Part shown: positions 47,998 to 55,963 of the stretch, one piece after another
Numbering within the stretch: the stretch's first letter is position 1
Layout of the letters: each line of letters opens with the position of its first letter
IMG/VR virus record: IMGVR_UViG_3300027708_000012
Location: 281,370-345,369 of that record
Strand: one strand, 5' to 3'
DNA: 64,000 bases
The notes under the pieces: generated by a model
Seen by the model: only the letters and a program-made list of their open reading frames with translations
Databases searched by the model: none
What the model was told of the DNA's origin: nothing
Made by a program: the position numbers and the translations under genes

Positions 47998-48576
47998 TTA
48001 ATACTCGTAACCTGGTTGTACAAGTGCTGTACCAATTGGGAATGTTGGCTGTACTGTAACACCGCTATCACCAGTTGCATCGATAACTGCCTGTTGAATT
48101 GTACGGGCATTGCCATTGGCCATGCTAGCGTGTTGCTCATCAGCGTTCATGCTGCCTGCTGTGTCAACATAGATACCTACGATAAACTTGGCTTTTTGGT
48201 TGGTACCAGCTGAGCCTGTAAAAGCAACTTTACCAACAAAGCAAACTTCAGCTGCCAATTGAACGCCGCTTACTGCTTTGTAAATTGCACTGTTTGTTTT
48301 GAAGATTTCACTTTCTGGAATTACAACATTGCCAGAAGCATCCATGATTTCGTATGTTTCACCAGTTCCGCCTGTATTGTTGTTATCGCTAACATCAACA
48401 TAGCCTTCTGCGGTGTTTGTATTTGTTGATAGGTTCTCAACAGCTAAGAAAGCAATTTGGCGTGTGCCAAAATTGCTGAATGGGCTCATTGCACGACGAT
48501 AGTTGGCTGCAACACCTGTAGCTGCTGTGCCGCCGTCTCCGGCTTGTCCGATTAAATTACCTGAATACTGTGCCAT
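47998..48576 (-). CDS. Paralog 1 of tandem FGTR family
   Basis: VAANYRR..SNFGTRQIAF...AVSGVQLAAEVCFVG. Confidence 0.8.
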   Translation of the reverse strand: MAQYSGNLIGQAGDGGTAATGVAANYRRAMSPFSNFGTRQIAFLAVENLSTNTNTAEGYVDVSDNNNTGGTGETYEIMDASGNVVIPESEIFKTNSAIYKAVSGVQLAAEVCFVGKVAFTGSAGTNQKAKFIVGIYVDTAGSMNADEQHASMANGNARTIQQAVIDATGDSGVTVQPTFPIGTALVQPGYEY

Positions 48577-48663
48577 AATTGTTCTCCTCTATATGGTATC
48601 AACCACGCTCTGTGGTCTTGGTAATGTATTTAGCTCGAAGGCCAAAATGTCCAGAGTATAGCG

Positions 48664-48921
48664 TTATATTTGATTCTTAGATTCTTGAATACGTTTGATT
48701 CCACGTTTAAACTTATTGATATCATTGGCTTTAATACTGTTGATAAAACGGCGTTCAAGTTCTGCGGCTGTTTCAATATCGTAGTTTTCACGTATCATGT
48801 CTAATAAGTTAATAGCACTTTGTATAATATTGGAACCACGGCTTTCGATGACAAGTTCAGTGTCCCGACTAAGTCCAATATCGTTTAATTCTTGTAATAT
48901 ACTACGGGTGCTTTTACGCAT
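48664..48921 (-). CDS. Conserved phage hypothetical protein
   Basis: MRKSTRSILQEL...IESRGSNIIQSAINL...ELERRFINSIK. Confidence 0.75.
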   Translation of the reverse strand: MRKSTRSILQELNDIGLSRDTELVIESRGSNIIQSAINLLDMIRENYDIETAAELERRFINSIKANDINKFKRGIKRIQESKNQI

Positions 48922-48984
48922 TATTGTTCTCTTTATACGTTATTTATTTGATTATACAGTCTAATTATCATTAGATCAATAAGG

Positions 48985-49013
48985 TTGATAAATGTTGCGG
49001 TGCAATGTATAAT
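48985..49013 (+). promoter_or_regulatory. sigma70 promoter with palindromic TTGC-N3-GCAA (PhaR-like) operator in the spacer
   Basis: TTGATA-aatgTTGCggtGCAAtg-TATAAT. Confidence 0.6.
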
Positions 49014-49083
49014 GACATAAATACTCAGTAGAAACACTGATAACGTTTTTACTGATTTACACACACCAAAGGAAAAACACAAA

Positions 49084-49239
49084 ATGTTAAAATCTATCAA
49101 AACGCTCTTACAAAGAGTATTACATCAACCAACAGGCATCGAAGCCTTTATCGCAAGTAAAAATCCTCAAAATTGTGCAGATGTTGAGCATTGGATGCGA
49201 GTATACACTCAACGCAATGGAGGTCAATATGGCTTCTAA
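49084..49239 (+). CDS. Small protein, DUF3563-like (51 aa)
   Basis: MLKSIKTLLQRV...IEAFIASKNPQNCADVEHWMRVY; AAAGGA RBS. Confidence 0.65.
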   Translation: MLKSIKTLLQRVLHQPTGIEAFIASKNPQNCADVEHWMRVYTQRNGGQYGF

Positions 49240-49330
49240 ATTCAAACAATTTTTAAACAATATGATTGATGCTTGGATTGAAGCACGTCGTATGCAAGCC
49301 GATGCTTATATTAAAAGCAGGGGGCTATAA
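49229..49330 (+). CDS. Micro-protein (33 aa)
   Basis: MASKFKQFLNNMIDAWIEARRMQADAYIKSRGL*; GGAGG RBS. Confidence 0.65.
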   Translation: MASKFKQFLNNMIDAWIEARRMQADAYIKSRGL

Positions 49331-49431
49331 TGAAAGAGTTTGCTAAAAAATGGGAAGAACGCGAGTACGGCCCTAAACTGGCAATGGCTGCTATTACAGC
49401 TATGATCGTTTATTTGGTAGTAGCACAATGA
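49330..49431 (+). CDS. Micro membrane protein (33 aa)
   Basis: MKEFAKKWEEREYGPKLAMAAITAMIVYLVVAQ*; TAATG overlap. Confidence 0.6.
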   Translation: MKEFAKKWEEREYGPKLAMAAITAMIVYLVVAQ

Positions 49432-49505
49432 CCTACTGGTGGCCCGTAAGTGACGAGGAATGGGAACGTCTAAATTTTCCAGAAAAATTCCAGGAAAACA
49501 AATGA
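49428..49505 (+). CDS. Micro-protein (25 aa)
   Basis: MTYWWPVSDEEWERLNFPEKFQENK*; ATGA overlap. Confidence 0.55.
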   Translation: MTYWWPVSDEEWERLNFPEKFQENK

Positions 49506-49603
49506 ACTTCATTGACACACTATTAATGTTGCTGCGTTGGAAACAAGATGGCTGGGATGTACATCCTATAAATCTTGACTCTGAGTTTAGCGGCTGGTTC
49601 TAA
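49502..49603 (+). CDS. Micro-protein (33 aa)
   Basis: MNFIDTLLMLLRWKQDGWDVHPINLDSEFSGWF*; ATGA overlap, AGGA RBS. Confidence 0.6.
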   Translation: MNFIDTLLMLLRWKQDGWDVHPINLDSEFSGWF

Positions 49604-49618
49604 CCAATAAATACTGGC

Positions 49619-50194
49619 ATGAAACTAGTGTATATACACGGCGCCAATGCCACCAGCGAAAGCTTCAACTATATCAAGAGTAAACTTGGTACGGGAATAG
49701 ACATTGACTACGACAGCCGCAATGGGTTTGAAAACAACCTAAAAGACATGCAGGCTGTGTTGCAAGATCATAAAGATCTAGTATTCGTTGCACACAGTTT
49801 GGGCGGTATATACGCATTGCATTTGGCCAATACTATGCCAGCCGCAATTAAGGGTGCTGTAACATTAAGCACTCCGTATGGTGGCGCTGAAGTAGCAGAT
49901 TATGCTCAATACTTTTTGCCATTCAGCAGACTGATGCGTGACATTGGTCCTAGCTCGTGGGTAATGAAGCAGGCGAGCCGTATCAAGATACAGCATCCGT
50001 GGACTAACATTGTTACTGTGAAAGGGCAAAGTCCTTTTATGCATGAGCCCAACGATGGTGTGGTGACCATTGCCAGTCAAAAGCATCATGCAGATATGGA
50101 ATTAGTAGAAGTGGATTGTAATCACTATGAAGTTGTGCTCAGTGACGTGGTTGTTAAACTTATTAAAGAAAGAGTAAACAAGTTTAAGAAATAA
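49619..50194 (+). CDS. Alpha/beta hydrolase (lipase/esterase)
   Basis: YIHGAN, AHSLGG nucleophile elbow, NDGVV, NH. Confidence 0.9.
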   Translation: MKLVYIHGANATSESFNYIKSKLGTGIDIDYDSRNGFENNLKDMQAVLQDHKDLVFVAHSLGGIYALHLANTMPAAIKGAVTLSTPYGGAEVADYAQYFLPFSRLMRDIGPSSWVMKQASRIKIQHPWTNIVTVKGQSPFMHEPNDGVVTIASQKHHADMELVEVDCNHYEVVLSDVVVKLIKERVNKFKK

Positions 50195-50290
50195 GTCATT
50201 CAGCTTTACACACAGTTTTGTATACTGTATAATAAATACATAGACAGCAATAATGCTGTTATACACAAACATACACACAAGGAGAAAAAT

Positions 50291-50506
50291 ATGTTTACAT
50301 TTGAATCAATCATCGACACCGTTACAGGTGCTCAAACTAGGTTTGTAGAAACTTATGTTACAGACAAGAAAGTTAAAGCTGAAGTTACTAAGCTAATTGA
50401 AGCACAAGCCGCTTTCACAAAAACCACCTATACTAACACATTGGAACTTGCTCAATCAGCAGTTAAGAATTTCAACGAATTAGTTTACTCTAAGAAAGGT
50501 GCTTAA
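50291..50506 (+). CDS. Small amphipathic helical protein, phasin-like
   Basis: IIDTVTGAQTRFVETYV...LIEAQAAFTK; AAGGAG RBS; promoter TTTACA-17-TATAAT at 50205-50233. Confidence 0.55.
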   Translation: MFTFESIIDTVTGAQTRFVETYVTDKKVKAEVTKLIEAQAAFTKTTYTNTLELAQSAVKNFNELVYSKKGA

Positions 50507-50507
50507 T

Positions 50508-50774
50508 ATGTCATTCGAAACACCAAAACTACCAGAAGTTAAATTCAGCAAGAACGGCTACGAAATCCGCACAGACGTGTTGTCCATGGCTAAAGATGCT
50601 GTTATGGAAGAATACCATAGCAAGTTCAAGGGCTGGGAAATGTCAGTTGCTCGTGATGAGAAGACTGGACAAGTTGTAACCCGAGTAGATATGCCAGAGT
50701 TTCCAGGTCTAGACAAGATCATGGAAGCCGCTGAAAAGTTCTATGGTTTCGTCAATACCGGAACCAAGAAATAA
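50508..50774 (+). CDS. Conserved phage hypothetical protein
   Basis: KNGYEIRTDVLSMAK...FPGLDKIMEAAEKFYGFV. Confidence 0.75.
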   Translation: MSFETPKLPEVKFSKNGYEIRTDVLSMAKDAVMEEYHSKFKGWEMSVARDEKTGQVVTRVDMPEFPGLDKIMEAAEKFYGFVNTGTKK

Positions 50775-50810
50775 GCATAGCTTGTTCGCAAGGTAAGCGT
50801 TACTTCCAAG

Positions 50811-50840
50811 CAAAAAGGACCTTAAAGGTCCTTTTTCTTT
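50811..50840. terminator. Bidirectional terminator between convergent genes
   Basis: AAAAAGGACC-TTAAA-GGTCCTTTTT. Confidence 0.8.
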
Positions 50841-50852
50841 GAGCACACTATT

Positions 50853-53204
50853 TTAAGGAGCAGGCCCGTTAGTGAACGTGTAAGTTCCAGATCCTTGTAA
50901 GATAGTTTGATCAATTGAAACAGTGAATTGGCTGTCGTTTACAATGTTTGTGATACTGGTCACTGTGGCCACATCTGATATGCCAGGTCCCGACACATAC
51001 CAACCTGCCATTTGATCTGGAGGAACAGTCGGACCCATGCCACCAAATCCTATACTAATATAGATATTGGAAGATGCTTGTCCAGCTGTAAAGTTACTGA
51101 CAAACGAGTAAGTTGTTGCCGGTGTTGGATTGAACAGTCCGGCTTGTTGTGCTGTATATAACTGTGTAACTTCACTGTTACTTAAAGCTCTACTGTAGTA
51201 GATAAAGTTGTACCAAGTACTTTCTAGAAAAGCACCTGTGCCTAACTCTCCCTCGACCAATGCACCCAAGATCATGTTAGTACCTGCATCAGTTGCAGGA
51301 AACCCGTTAGCTCCTCTTGGTGCTCCCACGTTGGCCCATGCAGTTCCGTTCACAAATATATCAATGCTACCCGTGTTTGCAATGTTGTCCAGTTTCATTC
51401 TAATGGTAAAGAAAGATGGACCATATGTGTGCCAGCCAGATCCAGTCATGTCTATGGCGGCTGTTCCAGTTCCTGGAGAAGTAATCTCAATGTGTGTGGC
51501 ATCAGTCCAATAGGCTCTCAACCCTGCATAAGCACCACTTTGACTACAGTCAAAGATACCTTGTGGGAATGTGCCTGTGGGATTCAATCTGGCTGTAAAG
51601 GCCAAGGTAAAATCGCCAGGCGTCATGTGTATTGGAGTTTGAATATAGCTGGTAGATCCGTCACCTGAATAACCAATTGTACCATTACCGCCAAGAGAAT
51701 AAGTGGCTAGATGATAAAATTTGGCCCATGAGTAACCGCTGGCTTCTGGCCATATGATCGGGTCACCACCAAACTGTCCGGCACCTGGCGCATTCCATCT
51801 TCCCACGATGTTGCCTGTTGGCACACTGGCTGGAGGTGGTGGAGGTGGTGGAGGTGGAACATGTGCAGATATTGTTGTTGTTCCTGTAACTCCATCTTGG
51901 TACGCTGAGACTGTGCCCGATTCCACAGCATTGGCAGGAATAGTTACTAAACCAGTAGAGTCGATGCTGAGGTATTCAGTATCAATGCTCCAACTTGCTG
52001 AATAAGTAAGATCTTGGTTTGAACTGTCATCATAGTAACCTGTGGCCGACATCTGTACACTGTTAGTGATGCTGGAATCAATGTCTTGATTGGCAGGACT
52101 GACATCTATACTCATTAGGGTAGGATTGAACGGAGGTGGAGGTGGTGGTGGCGGAGGAGGTGGTGTTTGGCTGGTGTCGTTTACAGTAACCGTAAATGAG
52201 GTCACCTGCGTACCCCCATATTGGCCGTAATTGCCAGTATACAAATACACACCATACTGTTGCGGATTTGCTATAGCAGTTGTGTTATCTGCTGATATAG
52301 TGATCTCAAACGATGCTGCGTTGGAGTTGATTGTAACTGTGCCAGAGCCGCCAGTAAATCTTCCACTAGTGCCTGCGTTGAAGTTGTCCGCAGTTTGCCA
52401 ATACAATGTGGTGCCATCTGCAACACTTGTTGTAGAGACATTGAATGTTAATGGTACACCTTCGTCTACACTGCTAACTGAGCCTGCTGTATCTAGAGAG
52501 TAAGTTGGAGCTGGAGGCAGAGCATATAAACTGGCTTGACTGTTGTACTGACTAACAATTTGTGATAGATTCAAAGCTGACTCTTGGTACCGTATTTGGA
52601 AAATAGTACCGTGCAACTTGTCGCCCGTGCTGCCGTATCGTGCTCCAATCCACAAGGGATTGGACCAACCTGTGTTGGCAAATGCTAGTGTACCTGATGC
52701 CGCCTGTGCACCATTGCGATAAATCACTAGGCTGGGGCCGTGATAGACAAAGTCCCACCACGCACGGCCAGCAACAGTGCCTGTATAGCTGATGCTGCCA
52801 TAGTCTAGGAATATGCCAGCTGATAGGCCTGAGCCATCGGGTGCCACGTAGCTAAAGATGCTGGTGTTGACACCGCCACTGTATAGGCTGTTCCAGCTGG
52901 GCGTTACAGGCTCAAAGTCTGCGGCAAAGCTCAGAGTAAATGTAGCGTTGGTATTTGTTATATCTTGTATTTCAATATAGCCGTCACCCGTCAGTTGCAC
53001 CCCACCGCCATAGCTGGCATCATAGTACCAAGTGCCCACTATGGCCGCAACAACACCAGAGTTGGAGTCTGCCCAGCTGCCGTAGCCATTGTTGGGCGGG
53101 TTGATCAAGGTGAACACAGTGGGTGGTGGAGGAGGTGGGGGTGGGGGCGGTGGACTGCCCGCAGAATAAGTAGTGGCCGTTATGGCAAATAGTGCGCCCG
53201 ACAT
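50853..53204 (-). CDS. Multidomain adhesin-like virion protein (two LamG/ConA-like and Ig-like domains, poly-Pro linkers)
   Basis: LVIYRNG..LWIGAR..; IFVNG..FIYYSRALSNSEV; SVDEG; three Pro runs. Confidence 0.8.
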   Translation of the reverse strand: MSGALFAITATTYSAGSPPPPPPPPPPPTVFTLINPPNNGYGSWADSNSGVVAAIVGTWYYDASYGGGVQLTGDGYIEIQDITNTNATFTLSFAADFEPVTPSWNSLYSGGVNTSIFSYVAPDGSGLSAGIFLDYGSISYTGTVAGRAWWDFVYHGPSLVIYRNGAQAASGTLAFANTGWSNPLWIGARYGSTGDKLHGTIFQIRYQESALNLSQIVSQYNSQASLYALPPAPTYSLDTAGSVSSVDEGVPLTFNVSTTSVADGTTLYWQTADNFNAGTSGRFTGGSGTVTINSNAASFEITISADNTTAIANPQQYGVYLYTGNYGQYGGTQVTSFTVTVNDTSQTPPPPPPPPPPPFNPTLMSIDVSPANQDIDSSITNSVQMSATGYYDDSSNQDLTYSASWSIDTEYLSIDSTGLVTIPANAVESGTVSAYQDGVTGTTTISAHVPPPPPPPPPASVPTGNIVGRWNAPGAGQFGGDPIIWPEASGYSWAKFYHLATYSLGGNGTIGYSGDGSTSYIQTPIHMTPGDFTLAFTARLNPTGTFPQGIFDCSQSGAYAGLRAYWTDATHIEITSPGTGTAAIDMTGSGWHTYGPSFFTIRMKLDNIANTGSIDIFVNGTAWANVGAPRGANGFPATDAGTNMILGALVEGELGTGAFLESTWYNFIYYSRALSNSEVTQLYTAQQAGLFNPTPATTYSFVSNFTAGQASSNIYISIGFGGMGPTVPPDQMAGWYVSGPGISDVATVTSITNIVNDSQFTVSIDQTILQGSGTYTFTNGPAP

Positions 53205-53205
53205 A

Positions 53206-54330
53206 TTATGCTAGCCCCACGCCTGAAAGCATCCAAGTGGTTGGAGCGATTTTGAGCAGGGTAACCATGCCACGAGGGTTGAGCGCAAATGAGTTTCCAC
53301 CACTGAAGATTGTGGTGCCAGTGCCTGCCTGTATCACTGAGTCACTGTCAACGTCTTCAATGCTAATAGTGGCTGTTGTGGCACCGTCTGTAACCAACAT
53401 GATGGTGGCACCTATGGGAAAAGCCACTGTGGAGTTGGCAGGAATCACAACATCTTGATCGCCACCTGTGATGTACACGTGATGTCCTTGATCTGCATAG
53501 CCCAAGGTGCAGGGCTCAGTGCTCATGACCACTTGCGGCAGGCCTAGATAACCCATGGTGTCACTCTGTGTGAGTTCATTGGGATCGGGCATTGTGACAT
53601 TGCTGTCAGTACTGAATGTCCAGCTGACTGGAGGATTAACTCCCACACCCGCATGAGTATTTTCATTGAATCCAATGTACAAGCCTTCATCGTTGTTCAA
53701 GTACATGGTGTGTCTAAGCACAGTGTTGCTGTGGAAATTGGCGGTGGTCAAGGTACGGTTGGCCCAATCCAACTCAACTCCACCGTGCGTACCCCCAATT
53801 CCGCCCACGCCGTCAGCTATGATTGTGGGATAAGTGTCAGTGGCCCTAATCCAAGGATGAACCTGGTAGCCACTGGGCAAGGTCAAAGTTTGATGTGTGT
53901 CAAACTCCCAACTGCTGCTGCCATTGTTGCCCCCGTGATTGCCATTGGGATAGTTGCTGATGTGTGTGCCATATTCATCTGTGTACACCCAGTTGAATGC
54001 GGTATTGTCCAAGCCCGTGTCCATGGCCTCAGCGGTTATGTCACTCACACTGTCAGTCCAAAACAACTGACTGAAGTAGTTGCTGCCAAATGAGGCGCCC
54101 ACATGGTCGTTGCCCGTAATGGCCACAATGTTACTGGCATCTATGGTGCCACCGTGCGTGAGTCCCAGGCTACCTCCGCCCACTACAAGTCCGCCTGCTG
54201 TTGATCCGTCTGATACTCTTAAACTGCCGCTAGCAGTGTCCCAAAATATAGTGCCTGGTAAGCCCACATATGTGTCTGCGTTGCCCAGGTCTGTTGTAGC
54301 AATGATTCTGCTTAATTGATTAGTTGGCAT
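53206..54330 (-). CDS. Tail fibre-associated structural protein
   Basis: GTIFWD..SLRVSDGSTAGG; VVIPANSTVAFPIGATI; TLLKIAPTTWMLSG. Confidence 0.75.
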   Translation of the reverse strand: MPTNQLSRIIATTDLGNADTYVGLPGTIFWDTASGSLRVSDGSTAGGLVVGGGSLGLTHGGTIDASNIVAITGNDHVGASFGSNYFSQLFWTDSVSDITAEAMDTGLDNTAFNWVYTDEYGTHISNYPNGNHGGNNGSSSWEFDTHQTLTLPSGYQVHPWIRATDTYPTIIADGVGGIGGTHGGVELDWANRTLTTANFHSNTVLRHTMYLNNDEGLYIGFNENTHAGVGVNPPVSWTFSTDSNVTMPDPNELTQSDTMGYLGLPQVVMSTEPCTLGYADQGHHVYITGGDQDVVIPANSTVAFPIGATIMLVTDGATTATISIEDVDSDSVIQAGTGTTIFSGGNSFALNPRGMVTLLKIAPTTWMLSGVGLA

Positions 54331-54454
54331 TGAAATGTCCTCAAAATGTTTATTATCAGTATTTAGCTCAAAATATGTCAACTAATGTCTGGGCTATGGC
54401 GTTATATATATGTAGGGATAGAAATTCTTACATAACCTAAAAGGAAACTTTAAA

Positions 54455-54682
54455 ATGAAAACTATCGCAACTCTAATCGCAACTTTGTTCGCCGCAACAG
54501 CTTTTGCCGCTGATGCACCTAAGACAGCTGAAACTAAGCCAGCTACAGCTCCTGCTGTTACAGCTTCACCTGCTCCAAACAAGACTGAGCACAAGAAAGC
54601 CGAGGCTACTAAAAGCGAAGCAGCCAAGCCTGCTGCGAAAGTCGAGCCAAAAGCTGAAGTTAAAGCCCCAGCAGCTAAGTAA
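54455..54682 (+). CDS. Small exported Ala/Lys/Pro-rich protein
   Basis: MKTIATLIATLFAATAFA signal; AAAGGA RBS. Confidence 0.75.
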   Translation: MKTIATLIATLFAATAFAADAPKTAETKPATAPAVTASPAPNKTEHKKAEATKSEAAKPAAKVEPKAEVKAPAAK

Positions 54683-54856
54683 TGTTGAAATAGACGACAA
54701 TGATGACCTCATAATAGACGATGAGGTCTCATTTGGTCGTAATAGACGAGCTGATGAATTTGGTAAGGTAGTTCACGAAGATGACGATGTTCCTCTAAGT
54801 GACTATGTTATGAATAGATTAGCTCAAGCTAGAGAATTAGCAATGGCTGCATATAG

Positions 54857-54890
54857 AAAAGCCCAGGCATAAGCTGGGCTTTTTTGTTGG
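54857..54890. terminator. Terminator
   Basis: AAAAGCCCAG-GCATAAG-CTGGGCTTTTTT. Confidence 0.75.
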
Positions 54891-54893
54891 CGA

Positions 54894-55514
54894 TTATGCG
54901 TTGTAGTCTTGGAATGGATGGTCTGAACCGTTAGGAGTTTGTCCTGTATCGCCTACACAAGTACCTTGGAACATCCAAACACCTACGCCATCAAAATCAA
55001 TGGCTTTAACTTTAACATAACTTCCGGTCTTGGCATGATGTTGTCCAAGAAAAAGATCGCAAGCTGTGCTAGTTTGTGATGTAGCTGTGTGCAGTTTGCC
55101 TGTGGTGGCATTATCTACACCCACAAAAATCGATCCACGGAACACATCTGTGGTGCCGGTAACACCAGTGTAATAACTCTGTATATGCACTTGTCCGGCG
55201 TCCACTACAAAATAGAACTCAAACTCAACGCCAAGCATATTCTCTGTCATTTGTGGTAATCTCAAAACTAATACGCCGCCAGTAATACGCAACAACTTGT
55301 TGGCATCATTGGCCACGGTCAGCTGATTGATACCAGTTGAGAATGCATCTCCAATGCCGCTTGTGCCACCGCTGACCGTTTTGCCGCCGGCCGTGCCTGA
55401 ATAAGTTCTAAGTGCAGTTGCTGCCGGATCAAACCAAACATCTCCAGGATGGCCAATATGTGTTGATGCAACTGAAGCGATGTCTTTGAAGTGTAGTTTA
55501 CGAGTGTTTGACAT
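54894..55514 (-). CDS. Virion structural protein
   Basis: Beta-rich; N-terminus like neighbouring fibre genes; AGGA RBS. Confidence 0.7.
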   Translation of the reverse strand: MSNTRKLHFKDIASVASTHIGHPGDVWFDPAATALRTYSGTAGGKTVSGGTSGIGDAFSTGINQLTVANDANKLLRITGGVLVLRLPQMTENMLGVEFEFYFVVDAGQVHIQSYYTGVTGTTDVFRGSIFVGVDNATTGKLHTATSQTSTACDLFLGQHHAKTGSYVKVKAIDFDGVGVWMFQGTCVGDTGQTPNGSDHPFQDYNA

Positions 55515-55534
55515 GATATTTCCTGTTTTTTTAT

Positions 55535-55945
55535 TTATTCTATTGAGTCTTTATCAAAGTAAGTAGGATTACGCTTGCCCCAATTACGCATGATCACAGC
55601 CGCACGGGCATTGGCTTCATTTTCCTGCGGTGATCCGGTGGAGCCAGCATCGTCGTCTTCTAGCTCGTTCTTCAAGTCTTGACTATAATGTACAAGTTCG
55701 TGTGCCAGTGTACGGCATACATCCATAATGTGACGATTCTTTACTGTGATAGTGATATGCTCGCCGCCTGGTTGATAACCGCCAAAACTCTTGTGCTGTA
55801 AGCTACGAGCATTGTCAAAACGAAAATCAAACTTTGGCAAAGTCTTTAATCCCAAGTCTTCTGCGGCAAAGCGCACAAAATCATGTAGGATATCAAAAGT
55901 ATCTCGTTTGTTTAGGCTTTCTGTGAGTAGTTCTTTAATCTTCAT
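55535..55945 (-). CDS. HEXXH metallopeptidase-like protein
   Basis: RTLAHELVHYSQ...ENEANARA; MKIKELLTE N-terminus. Confidence 0.8.
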   Translation of the reverse strand: MKIKELLTESLNKRDTFDILHDFVRFAAEDLGLKTLPKFDFRFDNARSLQHKSFGGYQPGGEHITITVKNRHIMDVCRTLAHELVHYSQDLKNELEDDDAGSTGSPQENEANARAAVIMRNWGKRNPTYFDKDSIE

Positions 55946-55963
55946 ACTATACTTATCTCGCAA

